A stretch of DNA of 46,451 nt, taken from the NCBI GenBank assembly GCA_964449615.1, contig CAYUZF010000011.1:1-46451 (forward strand). The letters run 5' to 3'. A program made the position numbers and the translations under genes. Below the pieces are notes generated by a model that was not told where the DNA came from, made no database searches, and saw nothing but the letters and a program-made list of their open reading frames with translations. The DNA comes from an uncultured Aureispira sp. (lineage in GTDB: Bacteria; Bacteroidota; Bacteroidia; Chitinophagales; Saprospiraceae). Of this stretch, positions 35,565 through 44,772 are shown piece by piece. Numbering within the stretch: the stretch's first letter is position 1; each line of letters starts with the position of its first letter.

Positions 35565-36353
35565 TTAAGAATAAGCAGGCAAATCCAGTAATTCGTCTAA
35601 ACCAATTACCGTGTAGCCTTCTTTCAAAACGTAGTCCAAAAACAAGGGCAAGACCTGTGGAAGGCTCTTTGTATGATCGTGAAAGAGCACAACTGCCCCT
35701 AAATGTAAGCGTTTTTTCAAGCGTTGCAACAGCAGCTCTTCTTGTTTGATAACAGTATCCAAAGAGCGCAGCGACCACCCAACTGCTCGGTGGGGGACTT
35801 GACGCAGAGCGTTGGCAATATTGGGCGTTGTAATGCCATAAGGCGGCCTAAAAAACAAAGGCCGTTGTCCTATTAGACGCTCTACCAAGGCGTCCGTTTG
35901 GCGAATTTCTTCCAGCACGCGCCGACTGCCGTAAAAATCGAACAAATTGGCGTGGCTGTAACTGTGGTTGCCCACCAAATGCCCTTGTTCATGCAGCTCC
36001 TTCAAAACGGTTTGTTGGGCGGACGTTTGCAGGTTTTTACCAATACAAAAGAAAGCAGCAGGTGCGTTGTATTGCTCTAAAATTTTCAACACTTGTCGCG
36101 TTTGTTCGGGGTTGACAATACCATCATCAAAGGTGAGCGCCAATTGTTTTTTGGCTCCACTCCCTTTATTATAAGTAGGCAAATAAAAATGACTGGCAAT
36201 TTGTGTGGTGCCAAAATAAGCAACGGTAAAAGCTACCCACAAAACCAATACATAGCCCCACCAAGCGCCTTGTAGGCCGTAGACGACCACAAGCCCCAAC
36301 AACAAACCTATACCAACGGCGCGTGCGCGCAACCAAACAGGAAACGGCCCCAT
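35565..36353 (-). CDS. Polysaccharide deacetylase (CE4/NodB) with N-terminal TM helices
   Basis: ALTFDDG, GNHSYSH, FRPPYG and LFHD. Confidence 0.88.
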   Translation of the reverse strand: MGPFPVWLRARAVGIGLLLGLVVVYGLQGAWWGYVLVLWVAFTVAYFGTTQIASHFYLPTYNKGSGAKKQLALTFDDGIVNPEQTRQVLKILEQYNAPAAFFCIGKNLQTSAQQTVLKELHEQGHLVGNHSYSHANLFDFYGSRRVLEEIRQTDALVERLIGQRPLFFRPPYGITTPNIANALRQVPHRAVGWSLRSLDTVIKQEELLLQRLKKRLHLGAVVLFHDHTKSLPQVLPLFLDYVLKEGYTVIGLDELLDLPAYS

Positions 36354-36354
36354 G

Positions 36355-37347
36355 TTATTGCGCTATTTTTTCTAACACAATCAATCCCTCCTTTCGACCT
36401 TCGCGGTTGTAAATGCCTATGTGCTGTGGGTTGGGATGTTTAATAGCCAACAAGTTTTGTACGGCGGTATTGCCTTGCAACAATTCTATGCCCAAGCCCA
36501 TTGCAAACGCCGAATTGGTGGGATAGTTGCCACACAGCGCCGTATAAGAACAGCATTCCGCTTGCGCAAAGGCAGCGGTTGGAAGGGCAGCTTGTCCACA
36601 AAGGACGACATCAAGGCGGTCAAAATCGCAGGGAATTTGCTGCGTCAATTGTGCGCTGGCTGTTTGAAGGGGAGTGCCTTTCGGCAAATACGCACTGCCC
36701 ACACCAACCAAACGCGCCAGACTGTTTTCGGTCGCTTTTTGGCTCAAAATAAAACAACTGGCTCCCTCTCCCATCGGCTGTTGTGGACTGGCGCAGTGCA
36801 AGCGTTTCAACATAATTTTTAAGTTGCTCGTCAGCTCGTCCAAGCCGTTGACCAACACATTTTTGGCGGAAGCCTGCTCCAACAAGGTATAAGCATCAAC
36901 CAGAGCCGATTCAAACGAAAGTTTGCCCTGTACATGGGTCATGTTGTACCCGTTTGTTTTATGAAACAGCGCAATTTGTCCTGCTACCGTGTTGTGGGTA
37001 GATTGTACAAAGGCCGTAGGGGTCAAATATTGCTCTTGGTTGACAATCAACGCCTCTAAAAATTTTTCTGTGTCTTGCACACAGCCCCAAGCCGTACCCA
37101 AAACAATGGCATCCAGCTCTAACTCCCCCGCTTGTTCCAACGCTTGCAAGGCGGTCGTCAATCCCATGCGCAATACCCGACTCATGCGCCGCAGTTGTTT
37201 GCGAGGCAGAAAATCTTTGTACACAGGCTCCAACGCATCTTTGAACGCTTGATCGGTCGTAAGTTGTGGTTCCCATTTTTTATAAAAACTATCCTGCGCA
37301 GAAATAGCGCTGTAGGCGTTGATGTAAATATCTGTTGCTGTTGCCAT
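36355..37347 (-). CDS. Ketosynthase-like chain-length factor (non-catalytic)
   Basis: LRRMSR and PTAFVQSTHNTVAGQIAL; lacks the Cys-His-His triad. Confidence 0.8.
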   Translation of the reverse strand: MATATDIYINAYSAISAQDSFYKKWEPQLTTDQAFKDALEPVYKDFLPRKQLRRMSRVLRMGLTTALQALEQAGELELDAIVLGTAWGCVQDTEKFLEALIVNQEQYLTPTAFVQSTHNTVAGQIALFHKTNGYNMTHVQGKLSFESALVDAYTLLEQASAKNVLVNGLDELTSNLKIMLKRLHCASPQQPMGEGASCFILSQKATENSLARLVGVGSAYLPKGTPLQTASAQLTQQIPCDFDRLDVVLCGQAALPTAAFAQAECCSYTALCGNYPTNSAFAMGLGIELLQGNTAVQNLLAIKHPNPQHIGIYNREGRKEGLIVLEKIAQ

Positions 37348-37356
37348 ACCTGTAGA

Positions 37357-38562
37357 TTACACCGCTTTGAAAATTAAAGAAGAAGTATTGCCTCCAAAAC
37401 CGAAAGAATTGGATAAAACATACTGCAACGCCTGTGTCTGTGTTTTCGTAACGGGCGTAAAAGCCTTGCCCAACGCTTCGATAGGCGTTTGGAAACGCAA
37501 ATTAGGATAAATTACCTGCTCGCGCAGCGCCCAAACCGACAACACCGCTTCAATACCGCCTGCAGCACCCAGCGTATGACCAGTGGCGGCTTTGGTAGAG
37601 CTAAACACGGGAATCGTTGCGCCAAAAAGCTGCTGTATGGCTTTGCCTTCGGACAAGTCGTTGTTGTCGGTACCTGTACCGTGTACATTGATGTAATCAA
37701 TGGCCTGGGCCTCTATATTGGCTCGCTTCAACGCTCCTTTCATGGCCAAATAGGCGCCTTTCCCATCGGGAGAAGAAGCGGTTTGGTGAAAAGCGTCGTT
37801 GCTGTTGGCGTAGCCGACCAGTTCCGCCAAACGGCGTTCTGGCGGGGCGGTCGCTGCTGTTTCCAGCATTAAAAAACCTGCCCCCTCGCCCAAGTTTAGC
37901 CCGCGCCGCGTCTCGTCAAAAGGTTGACTCAGGTCGTGGTCTAGAATCTGCAACACATTAAAGCCGTTGACCGTGAATTTGGTCAAGGCATCAATGCCCC
38001 CCACTAAAGCGCGGTTGATGCGGCCACTTTTGAGCAAGCGTGCGCCCAACATAATGGCATTGGCTGCCGACGAACAAGCCGTGCTGATGGTCGAAACCAT
38101 GCCCGTTGCATGCAGGTAGTCCGCCAAGCGTTCCGTGCTTTCGCCGCATTCGTGTGTTTGCAAGACCTCTACCTCACCCTGTCGCGCATCTTCCAGAAAA
38201 TCCGCATAGAAATGCTCTGTCAAATCCATCCCGCCTACGGTATTGCCCGAAAAAACACCTGTCTTTCCCGTATCTAAGTTGGGACTACCTGCCTGCTGCC
38301 AAGCTTCGCGCGCTGCCAGCAAGCCCAACAAACTGGTGCGTGAGTAGCGCCGTTTGTCAGACAAATCTGGCAACAAAGCGGCCAGCGCTGCATTGCTGTA
38401 AGGCACTTCACAAAGCGGCAGTTTCCCGCGGTGTTGAGTAGACAACTGCCGTATGGCGCCCGCTCCCGAAGTTCCTTCGCAAATGGCTTGAAAGCTCGTC
38501 GGGGCATCGGTGCCTAGGGCAGAAATACACCCTGTTCCAGTTATAAAAATACGCGTAGACAT
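37357..38562 (-). CDS. Beta-ketoacyl-ACP synthase
   Basis: STACSS, HGTGT, GHTLGAAG and SNSFGFGG. Confidence 0.92.
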   Translation of the reverse strand: MSTRIFITGTGCISALGTDAPTSFQAICEGTSGAGAIRQLSTQHRGKLPLCEVPYSNAALAALLPDLSDKRRYSRTSLLGLLAAREAWQQAGSPNLDTGKTGVFSGNTVGGMDLTEHFYADFLEDARQGEVEVLQTHECGESTERLADYLHATGMVSTISTACSSAANAIMLGARLLKSGRINRALVGGIDALTKFTVNGFNVLQILDHDLSQPFDETRRGLNLGEGAGFLMLETAATAPPERRLAELVGYANSNDAFHQTASSPDGKGAYLAMKGALKRANIEAQAIDYINVHGTGTDNNDLSEGKAIQQLFGATIPVFSSTKAATGHTLGAAGGIEAVLSVWALREQVIYPNLRFQTPIEALGKAFTPVTKTQTQALQYVLSNSFGFGGNTSSLIFKAV

Positions 38563-38577
38563 AATCGTTGAAAAGGC

Positions 38578-38838
38578 TTAGTCTTGGTGTTGTAGAATGA
38601 ATTCGGCCATTGTGTTTAAAGAGTGGAAAATCTTCTTTCCCTCCTCTTGGTTCTTGATTTTAATGTTGTATTCTTTGTCCAACAAAACAATTAATTCCAG
38701 GGCATCAATAGAATCCAAGCCCAATTCGTTGTTGTCGTCAAACAAATGCTCGTTGGGGTCAATCTCCGCTGGTTCTACGTCCTCGAGATTAAGTTGTTTG
38801 ATAATCTGAACCTTTAATTTCTCAATTAATTCTTCCAT
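38578..38838 (-). CDS. Acyl carrier protein
   Basis: GLDSIDALEL phosphopantetheine site; acidic, 86 aa. Confidence 0.92.
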   Translation of the reverse strand: MEELIEKLKVQIIKQLNLEDVEPAEIDPNEHLFDDNNELGLDSIDALELIVLLDKEYNIKIKNQEEGKKIFHSLNTMAEFILQHQD

Positions 38839-38881
38839 AGTTGTAATACTGTTCGATGTGTATTGAGTTAGTTATAATTTT

Positions 38882-39454
38882 TTATAGTTTTAGTAGGTGT
38901 AATTCGGCGTTGTAATCTTGTTCTGTATAATCTACCCAGCCCGTTAAACAAATCTTAGCGGCTCCATTTTGCAACAACAACTGACTGTAATCTAATAGAA
39001 ATGGCCAATCTGCTTGTTCTTGAATAAAAAAAGCAGACTCGCCTTTGATGTTGTATTGAATGCACAACTCTCCTACTAAAATATTGGGCAAGGTATACAC
39101 AAACACCGCAGGACTGGGGTAATAGTTGGCTCGATCTGTTATAGAAGCTACGTGTTTGGAATCGGTGTGGTAGGTTGCGGTTCTGTTGGCGACCACTACG
39201 GCAATTTCCGAAGGCGTGTAAGGCGCCAAGTCGCCGTTTTGTAACAAGACGCGCGCAGCCACAGTCGCCAATTTGCAGAGGCGGTCCATTTTGTGAAACT
39301 TTGGATAGTTCCAATCCAATTGACGGTACGCCTGCTTGATAAATTTGCCGAAAGGCAGCGCTGGCGCTTCCATCCAAATCGCTTGGTTGTGGAAAATTTG
39401 GCCACCAATAATGCGAGAAGAGGCCACCGTGTTGGTTGTCTTTGGGGCTTCCAT
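38882..39454 (-). CDS. Truncated ketosynthase-like partner protein
   Basis: YPKFHKMDRLCKL and PSPAVFVYTLPNI. Confidence 0.75.
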   Translation of the reverse strand: MEAPKTTNTVASSRIIGGQIFHNQAIWMEAPALPFGKFIKQAYRQLDWNYPKFHKMDRLCKLATVAARVLLQNGDLAPYTPSEIAVVVANRTATYHTDSKHVASITDRANYYPSPAVFVYTLPNILVGELCIQYNIKGESAFFIQEQADWPFLLDYSQLLLQNGAAKICLTGWVDYTEQDYNAELHLLKL

Positions 39455-40615
39455 TTAGTTTATTTTTGAAAAAACAACGGCCGCATTGCAGCCTCCAAAG
39501 CCCGAAGCTGTTTTGAGGCAACTTTGCAACGCTTGTTGTTGTGTTTGGCGAATAATATTGAGCGGAACAGACACACCCAGCTTTTCAAAACCTAGCGAAC
39601 GGTACAGCTGGTTGTTGCGCAGCGACCAGATGGCTACGACGCTTTCAATCAAACCCGCTGCGCCCAGCGTATGCCCCAAGTAGCCTTTTAAGCTGTTGAG
39701 GGGAACGTTTTGCAATTGGGCGGTAGCCAGCGCTTTGGCCTCCATTTCATCGTTGTAAGGCGTTGCTGTGCCGTGCATGGACAAGTAATCCATTTCTTCG
39801 GCGCTGCTTTGAGCGTCTGCTAAGGCTTTTTGAATGGCGAGGTGCAAGCCTTCGCCCGTCCTAGAAGGGCCCGAAATGTGGTTGGCATCGTTAGAGGACG
39901 CCCCTCCACGCAAAACAATCGGTTGAGCATCGCCCTTGTTGGGCTGCGTGCCTAGAATGAGCGTGCCGACGCCCTCGCCCAGGTTGATCCCTGTACGATC
40001 GGCATCAAAAGGGCGGCAAGGGGCTTCACTCATCGCTTTAAAGGCTTGAAAACCAGCCAGTGTAAACTCTGTTACTAAGTCTCCACCTGCTACAACTACT
40101 GTCTTATAACGCCCCGCCCGCAAATAGCGCTTGGCCACATCCAGCGCCAAAACCCCAGAAATACACGCATTGCAGACCACTACAGGTGTGTTGGGGTTGT
40201 CGAAATAGTCCTGAACCGCCCTAGCCATCGTGCCCAGATACGAGCGCTCTTCTGGAAAATCACCCGTACTTTTGCCCTCCAGCACATCAATGTTTCCCTT
40301 TGTAGAGGCCAGAATCAACAAGGTATCCGCACGACTCAAATCCAGCCGAATTTGTTGTGCTGCTTCTTGGATAGACCAAATAAACAACTGTTCTAAACGG
40401 GTGTATGGTGCTATATTGTCAAGGCCAGCAAGTTGCTGTTTTTCTAGCGCAGGGTTTATTTTAGAAATCCATACAGGCGTTGGGTACAACGCGGGCAGTT
40501 CATGTGCCTGCACACCCGTTTGCTCGGCTGCTATCTCTGCCAAGTTATCGGCAGTCGTAAAGCCCAATGCGGTCGTTAGATTATCGGCCAAACAGTAGAT
40601 GAATTGCTGTTGCAT
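39455..40615 (-). CDS. Beta-ketoacyl-ACP synthase
   Basis: NACISG, HGTAT, GHTLGAAG and ASGFGG. Confidence 0.9.
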   Translation of the reverse strand: MQQQFIYCLADNLTTALGFTTADNLAEIAAEQTGVQAHELPALYPTPVWISKINPALEKQQLAGLDNIAPYTRLEQLFIWSIQEAAQQIRLDLSRADTLLILASTKGNIDVLEGKSTGDFPEERSYLGTMARAVQDYFDNPNTPVVVCNACISGVLALDVAKRYLRAGRYKTVVVAGGDLVTEFTLAGFQAFKAMSEAPCRPFDADRTGINLGEGVGTLILGTQPNKGDAQPIVLRGGASSNDANHISGPSRTGEGLHLAIQKALADAQSSAEEMDYLSMHGTATPYNDEMEAKALATAQLQNVPLNSLKGYLGHTLGAAGLIESVVAIWSLRNNQLYRSLGFEKLGVSVPLNIIRQTQQQALQSCLKTASGFGGCNAAVVFSKIN

Positions 40616-40650
40616 GGTGGTATTGTGTTAGCAGTAAAAAGAAGCAAGGA

Positions 40651-41076
40651 CTAAAGTAAATCCCAGCGTTTTTTCCATTCTTCATAAAAAGTAGGAACGG
40701 CCAAATACAAATCGCGGTTTTGATCCAAAAATACTTGGGTGGTAGTGCCTGTGGCCGAAAGTGCGCCGTCTCTTTTTCTATAAATTTTATAATCAAAATA
40801 CAACTTAGCTGCAGGTGTATCGACAAAGGTGGTTTCTATAATGGCGGTATCACCGTAAAGCAGTGGCGCCATGTGTTCGCAGTGCATGCTCACAATAGGA
40901 ATGACAAAACCCTGGTTGGAAACGTCCAAGTAGGTAATGCCGTATTGTTGCCCCCAAGCCTCGCGTCCGTCTTCAAAAAAACGCACATAATTGCCGTGCC
41001 AGACCACACCCATTGAATCCACCTCACTGAATTTAATGGTTTGTTCCAAACGGTGCATTAGGATTTTTCCTGTCAT
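40651..41076 (-). CDS. Acyl-CoA/ACP thioesterase (4HBT/YbgC family)
   Basis: FSEVDSMGVVWHGNYVRFFEDGRE. Start uncertain (41058-41109). Confidence 0.85.
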   Translation of the reverse strand: MTGKILMHRLEQTIKFSEVDSMGVVWHGNYVRFFEDGREAWGQQYGITYLDVSNQGFVIPIVSMHCEHMAPLLYGDTAIIETTFVDTPAAKLYFDYKIYRKRDGALSATGTTTQVFLDQNRDLYLAVPTFYEEWKKRWDLL

Positions 41077-41125
41077 GCGTCGGCGCTGTCCTCTTCTTAC
41101 TTTTGCCATGCCCTACTCGCTTGTT

Positions 41126-41569
41126 TTAGTTGGCCGCCTCTGCGACAAATATTTTCATCTCAGCTTCTGCTATAAGACGTTCGCCTACTCTAACGGTGCC
41201 TTTAACGAGGGTGAAATTTAGAATGTGGTGTTCTATTGTAATTTGAGTGCGCAATACCTCTCCTACAACGGGTAAGTCCACAATGGTCAAATTCTTTATA
41301 GCACCAATAAAACCTACTGGGGGCGTTTTGTTTGCTTGCTGCGCCAAATACCCAGCCTGTGCAGCCGCCGTTTGGGCGATGTTCTCCGCCAGCGCAGGCG
41401 CTTGCAAATAACCGTTTTGACAAAATATGGTGTCTGCTTGAACAGTCAAACCTGTTGTTGCCTGTTGCTCGTTAGCGGACCAAACGGTATCAATCAAAAC
41501 CATTGGTGTGCGCTGTGGAATCCATTGCAGCACCTCTTTTTCGGTTGCCAAAGGCGTTGTATTATCCAT
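41126..41569 (-). CDS. Hotdog-fold dehydratase (ApeP-like)
   Basis: IPQRTPMVLID, ENIAQTAAA and GFIGAIK. ATG at 41569 overlaps the upstream stop. Confidence 0.82.
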   Translation of the reverse strand: MDNTTPLATEKEVLQWIPQRTPMVLIDTVWSANEQQATTGLTVQADTIFCQNGYLQAPALAENIAQTAAAQAGYLAQQANKTPPVGFIGAIKNLTIVDLPVVGEVLRTQITIEHHILNFTLVKGTVRVGERLIAEAEMKIFVAEAAN

Positions 41570-42485
41570 TGCTTGTTTGTAAAGTTGATTTTTCAGAGGT
41601 GACAAGGCTGGGTGTCCCCCAAAAGTCGTAAAAGTTGTACCATTGGTACGGGTATTGGTGTAATTTTTGGGCGATGCTGTGGGCAAATGCTTGGGCGGCG
41701 GCCTGTGGAGAAGCGGGTGTTCGCAAAGTTGGCGTCGCATAAAAGTGGTAATGTTGGCGATTTTCTTTGAAGGAAAAAACAAAGCTGTACGGTACTTTCA
41801 TACGGTAGATCAACTGGAACGGACCCGCTGGAAAATGCGCCTTAGCACCCAAGAAGTCCACTTCCAACGTATCGGCACCAGGCAGAAAACGATCTCCGTG
41901 CATACAAAGCAATTCTCCATTGCGCAAAGCCAATCCCATTGCAATGATGTGCGAAAAATCATTTCCAATTTCAATAATATTGGCCGCTTGTTTGACCTGC
42001 ACTTGCGCCAAAAACCGTTGGATTTTCTGGTGTTCGGCTTCCAACATGACGATATTGATGCGCGCAGTTTGCCCGACGTTTTCTTCCAACATAGAACCTG
42101 CCATCGACCAATTGCCGCCGTGTATGCTCAACAACACCCCGCCTTTGCCCGTTTGAGCCATTTCTTGAATGTGCTGCTCGCCGTCAAAGTCGTAAGTAAA
42201 CTTATTTTCAAAGCCAGCCAATACGGCCGTGCGATCAATGAGCGCTTGACCAAACGCCCAATAGGTGCGGTAAACGGCCAAAGCACTCGACCAACGTCCT
42301 TTGTTCAAGCGGTTTCTAAAAAAACTATAAATGGCGCGTGTTGCCGTAGGCGAAAAGAAGACAAACCACAAGGCAACCAATCGCAACAGCCCATAGGCAG
42401 CGCCTAGCCCCGCATAGCGAATGAGGAATACAAAAATTTTGTACCCCAGTAAGCCCCCTCGTGTTTTTCCTTTCCAAGTTGCCAT
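41562..42485 (-). CDS. LpxL/LpxP-like acyltransferase
   Basis: WKGKTRGG, HGGNW, GDRF, FPAGPF and YPYQWYNFYDFW. Confidence 0.85.
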   Translation of the reverse strand: MATWKGKTRGGLLGYKIFVFLIRYAGLGAAYGLLRLVALWFVFFSPTATRAIYSFFRNRLNKGRWSSALAVYRTYWAFGQALIDRTAVLAGFENKFTYDFDGEQHIQEMAQTGKGGVLLSIHGGNWSMAGSMLEENVGQTARINIVMLEAEHQKIQRFLAQVQVKQAANIIEIGNDFSHIIAMGLALRNGELLCMHGDRFLPGADTLEVDFLGAKAHFPAGPFQLIYRMKVPYSFVFSFKENRQHYHFYATPTLRTPASPQAAAQAFAHSIAQKLHQYPYQWYNFYDFWGTPSLVTSEKSTLQTSNG

Positions 42486-42760
42486 TACGGTGCCGTTGAT
42501 GCGTTTTCTTGCAAGTGCATTTTTAAATGGCGTTCAATCATGTCGTAAAAATCATTGAAAGAATCCACGCCTTTGAAATCGTTGGCCGTCAATTTAAAAC
42601 CAAAGTGGCTTTGAATAACAACTACCAAATCTACATAATCCAAACTATCCAAATCCAGTGTTTCGTGCAGGTTTTCCTCTAAGACAATGTCTGCTGGATC
42701 TACTTCAAATTCGTCTACTAAAAAGCCGTTGGTGATGGCTACTATTTTTGATCGGTTCAT
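42485..42760 (-). CDS. Acyl carrier protein
   Basis: LDLDSLDYVDLVV motif. Confidence 0.9.
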   Translation of the reverse strand: MNRSKIVAITNGFLVDEFEVDPADIVLEENLHETLDLDSLDYVDLVVVIQSHFGFKLTANDFKGVDSFNDFYDMIERHLKMHLQENASTAP

Positions 42761-42764
42761 GTGG

Positions 42765-43988
42765 TTATTTGTATTTTCGTATTATTAATGAGGAATTGGT
42801 GCCTCCAAAGCCGAAGGAATTGGAGAGCAACGTATCTATATTGTGTTGGACAGCTTTTGTCGGAATATTCAATGGTTTGGCTTCTTCGGCTACGGTTTCC
42901 AAATTGATGTTGGGTGCTACAAAAGAATGCTGCATCATGAGCAAACTGTAGACAATTTCACTGGCTCCCGCCATCCAACATTCATGCCCCGTCATAGACT
43001 TTGTAGAACTGACATAAGGGCAATTGTCTCCGCCAAAAACGGCACTTAATGCCATCGCTTCGTGCTTGTCGCCCAAAGGCGTAGACGTGGCATGTGCATT
43101 GACATAATCCACCGTACTGGCAGCAATATCAGCCTGTTGCAAGGCCATGCGCAAGGAGCGTTCGGGGCCTTCTACACTAGGCTGCGAAATGTGCAAACCA
43201 TTGGAAGAAAAACCATAGCCAATGATTTCGCCTAGAATATTAGCACCACGTGCCACCGCCGAGTCGTAACTTTCTAGCACGACCGTTGCACCGCCTCCAC
43301 TAGGCACCAACCCGTCGCGCTCTACATCAAACGGACGAGACGCCTCTGCTGGGTGATCCATACGCGTAGAAAAAGCCCCCAACCCATCAAAACTTCCCAT
43401 CGCCCAGGCATTTACTTCTTGCGCGCCGCCACACACTACCACATCTTGCAAGCCTTGCTTAATAAACAGATACCCCAAACCAATTGCATGCGAGCCGCTG
43501 GCACAGGCCGCGCTTACGGTGAAGTTGATGCCTTTGAGTCTAAAAATCGTAGAGAGGTTCATGTTGATGGTCGAGTTCATCGACTTAAAAATACTTCCTG
43601 AGCCCATCAAAGCGGTATCTTGCACTTGGCGCAACTTATCATTGCCTTCTATGACGGATTTGGCGGTGCTGTCGTTGCCATAGAGCAAACCGATTTGGCG
43701 GCTGTCTAAAAACGCATCGTCAATGCCCGCCAGTTTAAACGCTTCTACTGTAGCCAGATACGCATATTGGCTCTCTTGACCCATGCCCACGCGCATCCGA
43801 CGTTTGAGCATTTTTTTTAGGTCGGGTTGAGGCAGCATGCCCGTGAGGCCAGAGCGGTAGCCCATTTCTAGGCGCAGGGGGTCGATGCCCACGCCAGAGC
43901 GTCCTTCTTGAAGCGCCGTTTTGACCGCCTCCAAGTTGGTACCCAAGCAGGAGTAAATTCCCATTCCTGTTATGACTACTCGATTCAT
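42765..43988 (-). CDS. Beta-ketoacyl-ACP synthase (FabB-like)
   Basis: SAACASG, NAHATST, GHECW and SNSFGFGG. Confidence 0.92.
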   Translation of the reverse strand: MNRVVITGMGIYSCLGTNLEAVKTALQEGRSGVGIDPLRLEMGYRSGLTGMLPQPDLKKMLKRRMRVGMGQESQYAYLATVEAFKLAGIDDAFLDSRQIGLLYGNDSTAKSVIEGNDKLRQVQDTALMGSGSIFKSMNSTINMNLSTIFRLKGINFTVSAACASGSHAIGLGYLFIKQGLQDVVVCGGAQEVNAWAMGSFDGLGAFSTRMDHPAEASRPFDVERDGLVPSGGGATVVLESYDSAVARGANILGEIIGYGFSSNGLHISQPSVEGPERSLRMALQQADIAASTVDYVNAHATSTPLGDKHEAMALSAVFGGDNCPYVSSTKSMTGHECWMAGASEIVYSLLMMQHSFVAPNINLETVAEEAKPLNIPTKAVQHNIDTLLSNSFGFGGTNSSLIIRKYK

Positions 43989-44003
43989 AATTGCCCAATT
44001 GCT

Positions 44004-44732
44004 TTAGGTGTGTAAACCACCGTTTATAGAAATAACTTGCCCTGTGATGTAGCCCGCTTTTTCCGATGCCAAAAAAGCGACCAAATCGGCCACTTCTTCT
44101 GCTTGGCCAAATCGGCGCAGCGGAATAACGGAGCGGTATTGTTTTTCGTCGATGTCTTTGGTCATGTCGGTTTTAATAAAACCAGGCGCTACTGCGTTGA
44201 CTGTAATTTTGGCTCGACCTACTTCCTGCGCTAAGGCTTTGGTCGCCCCAATGACTGCCGCCTTTGCTGCCGAATAGTTGGTCTGCCCAGGCATACCTTT
44301 GATGCCCGAGAGCGAAACGACATTGACAATGCGGCCGTACCGATGCGTGAGCATTTTAGCAAAAATGGGCTTGGTGACGTTGTAAAAACCCGCTATATTC
44401 ACGTCCAATACCGATTGCCAATTTTCTTCTTCCATCCACATAAACAACGCATCGTTTCTAAACCCCGCGTTGTTGACCAGTACTTCAATAGGCGTTTCTT
44501 CGTGCTCGGCCATCCAAGCCCCCAAAACGCTGTCTACGGCCGCTTTGTCGGCTACATCAAAACGCAACAACGTGGCCTCGCTTCCTTGCGCTTGAACCAA
44601 TTGGGCGGTTTCTTGTGCCGCACTTTCGTTGCTGGTATAATTAATAAGAACATGGTAGTTCATAGCGGCCAGCTTTTCGCAAATGGCACGGCCTATGCCT
44701 CTAGAACCTCCTGTTATTAATGCGTATTTCAT
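44004..44732 (-). CDS. fabG: 3-oxoacyl-ACP reductase
   Basis: TGGSRGIG, VNNAG, NYSAAK and VAPGFIKTDM. ATG at 44732. Confidence 0.9.
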   Translation of the reverse strand: MKYALITGGSRGIGRAICEKLAAMNYHVLINYTSNESAAQETAQLVQAQGSEATLLRFDVADKAAVDSVLGAWMAEHEETPIEVLVNNAGFRNDALFMWMEEENWQSVLDVNIAGFYNVTKPIFAKMLTHRYGRIVNVVSLSGIKGMPGQTNYSAAKAAVIGATKALAQEVGRAKITVNAVAPGFIKTDMTKDIDEKQYRSVIPLRRFGQAEEVADLVAFLASEKAGYITGQVISINGGLHT

Positions 44733-44772
44733 TGATGAACTGCTATTTTCTAGGGTGTACAAATATATGGTA

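Noticed and set aside
41570-41782. N-terminal extensions in the ORF track (also 4594-4704, 10680-10754, 44733-44762)
   Set aside because: They overlap neighbouring genes or promoter regions; downstream ATGs give family-typical N-termini.
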